64,000 nucleotides of DNA from the NCBI GenBank assembly GCA_002269645.1, contig NIVC01000225.1:288416-352415 (forward strand), written 5' to 3'. Both the position numbers and the translations under genes were made by a program. Source of the DNA: Macrostomum lignano (taxonomy: Eukaryota). Shown here piece after piece: positions 63,190 through 64,000 of this stretch (the stretch's first letter is position 1; each line of letters begins with the position of its first letter). The notes beneath the pieces were generated by a model. That model searched no databases. It saw only the letters and a list, made by a program, of their open reading frames with translations, and was not told where the DNA came from.

Positions 63190-63252
63190 CTACTAAGATT
63201 CGAACCCAGGTCGCTACATTAGCAGTCCAGTCTGTTCGCATCTTGGCTATCT
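63190..63252 (-). pseudogene. tRNA-Ser(GCT)-like relic or SINE head
   Basis: Minus strand reads tagccaaga..ggactgctaat..gggttcgaatc and is followed by a T7 run. No intact cloverleaf. Confidence 0.45.
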
Positions 63253-63594
63253 CTTTTCAATTGGAAAACATGAATTGTGGCCCTTATAATTCAATTCTTA
63301 CAGCAAGTCAATTGGAGTAAAAAGTTATGACATAATCAATTTCTCAGTCAGCCAGAAGCAGTCTAAATTTAAGTTGGCAATATGGTTACGCAATTTCATT
63401 CAAGTTTTGTGTGCATTTGTTCGGCACTGTTTTCAACTTGTTGTGATGCAATCTTTATCACAATCGGAATTCAGTCAGTCAGTTTTTTCTCTAGCATTCT
63501 TACAATGCATTTCAGGTCGAAAGAGCTGCTTGACCTTTGCAAAAAAAGCATGTTTTTCGAATATTTAATCCCTTTAACATTGAGCAATTTCTTA

Positions 63595-63735
63595 GCCAAG
63601 ATGCATGTACCGTCCCAGGAAAATTTCTGATCGAATGGTGCAAGTTTGAAGAAAATCGGTTGAGCCAATTTTTCTGAAATCTATCGCATACCTACCCACA
63701 TACATACAGACAACTCATTTTTAGTATATAGGAAG
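63595..63735 (+). mobile_element. Non-autonomous Helitron-like 3' fragment
   Basis: aagtttgaagaaaatcggttgagc...acatacatacagaca...tttagtatatag resembles the layout of microsatellite-bearing non-autonomous Helitrons, from recall. Confidence 0.4.
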
Positions 63736-64000
63736 TTAGCGGTGCGAGAAACCGCGTTTCACGGCCCGCTGAGACTGTCTATGGTAAAATCTAAGAAATT
63801 TTATGTAGCCAAAAAACTCCTTATTTTGTGAATCGAAAATAGTAACTGATACTAAGCATTATTAAGCAGTAATAAGGTTTATTTTCGAAATATACAAGTT
63901 GTAAAAACATTAACTAGATTAGAACTAGCCTAGACTAGACTAGACATAAGCGCGCTTGTATGCCTGCTCAGGGGAGTCGGCGGAATGGGCAGCAATGCCT

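Overview
A eukaryotic (metazoan) genomic window with spliced genes, GC-rich exons and introns packed with tandem repeats. The style resembles a free-living flatworm such as Macrostomum, but that is unverified inference. Seven protein-coding genes were reconstructed by matching GT/AG sites and exon phases by eye: (1) the 3' end of CFAP47 (+, 52-4985, one frameshift); (2) a divergent C-type-lectin-like gene hidden from the ORF track (-, 9774-6801); (3) an OXR1/NCOA7-like LysM+TLDc gene (+, 12574-14440); (4) a PAN/apple + C-type lectin ORF (-, 18157-17396); (5) a 4-RRM nucleolin-like gene (-, 23223-19632); (6) a 9-exon LRRC74-like LRR+EF-hand gene (-, 54725-38794); (7) a ~1125-aa TRP channel (+, 45381-48864) nested antisense in intron 6 of gene 6, which joins N-terminal ankyrin repeats to a TRPM-type MHR4/TM/TRP-box core. 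Mobile DNA includes six copies of one tRNA-derived SINE, a head-to-head pair of truncated LINEs from different clades, a TIR/TSD-bounded P-element (THAP9-like) derivative, MITEs and more than 15 micro/minisatellites. The most notable observations are the ankyrin-TRPM-type channel and its nesting, and sharply bounded CpG-free zones at the 5' ends of two housekeeping-type genes.
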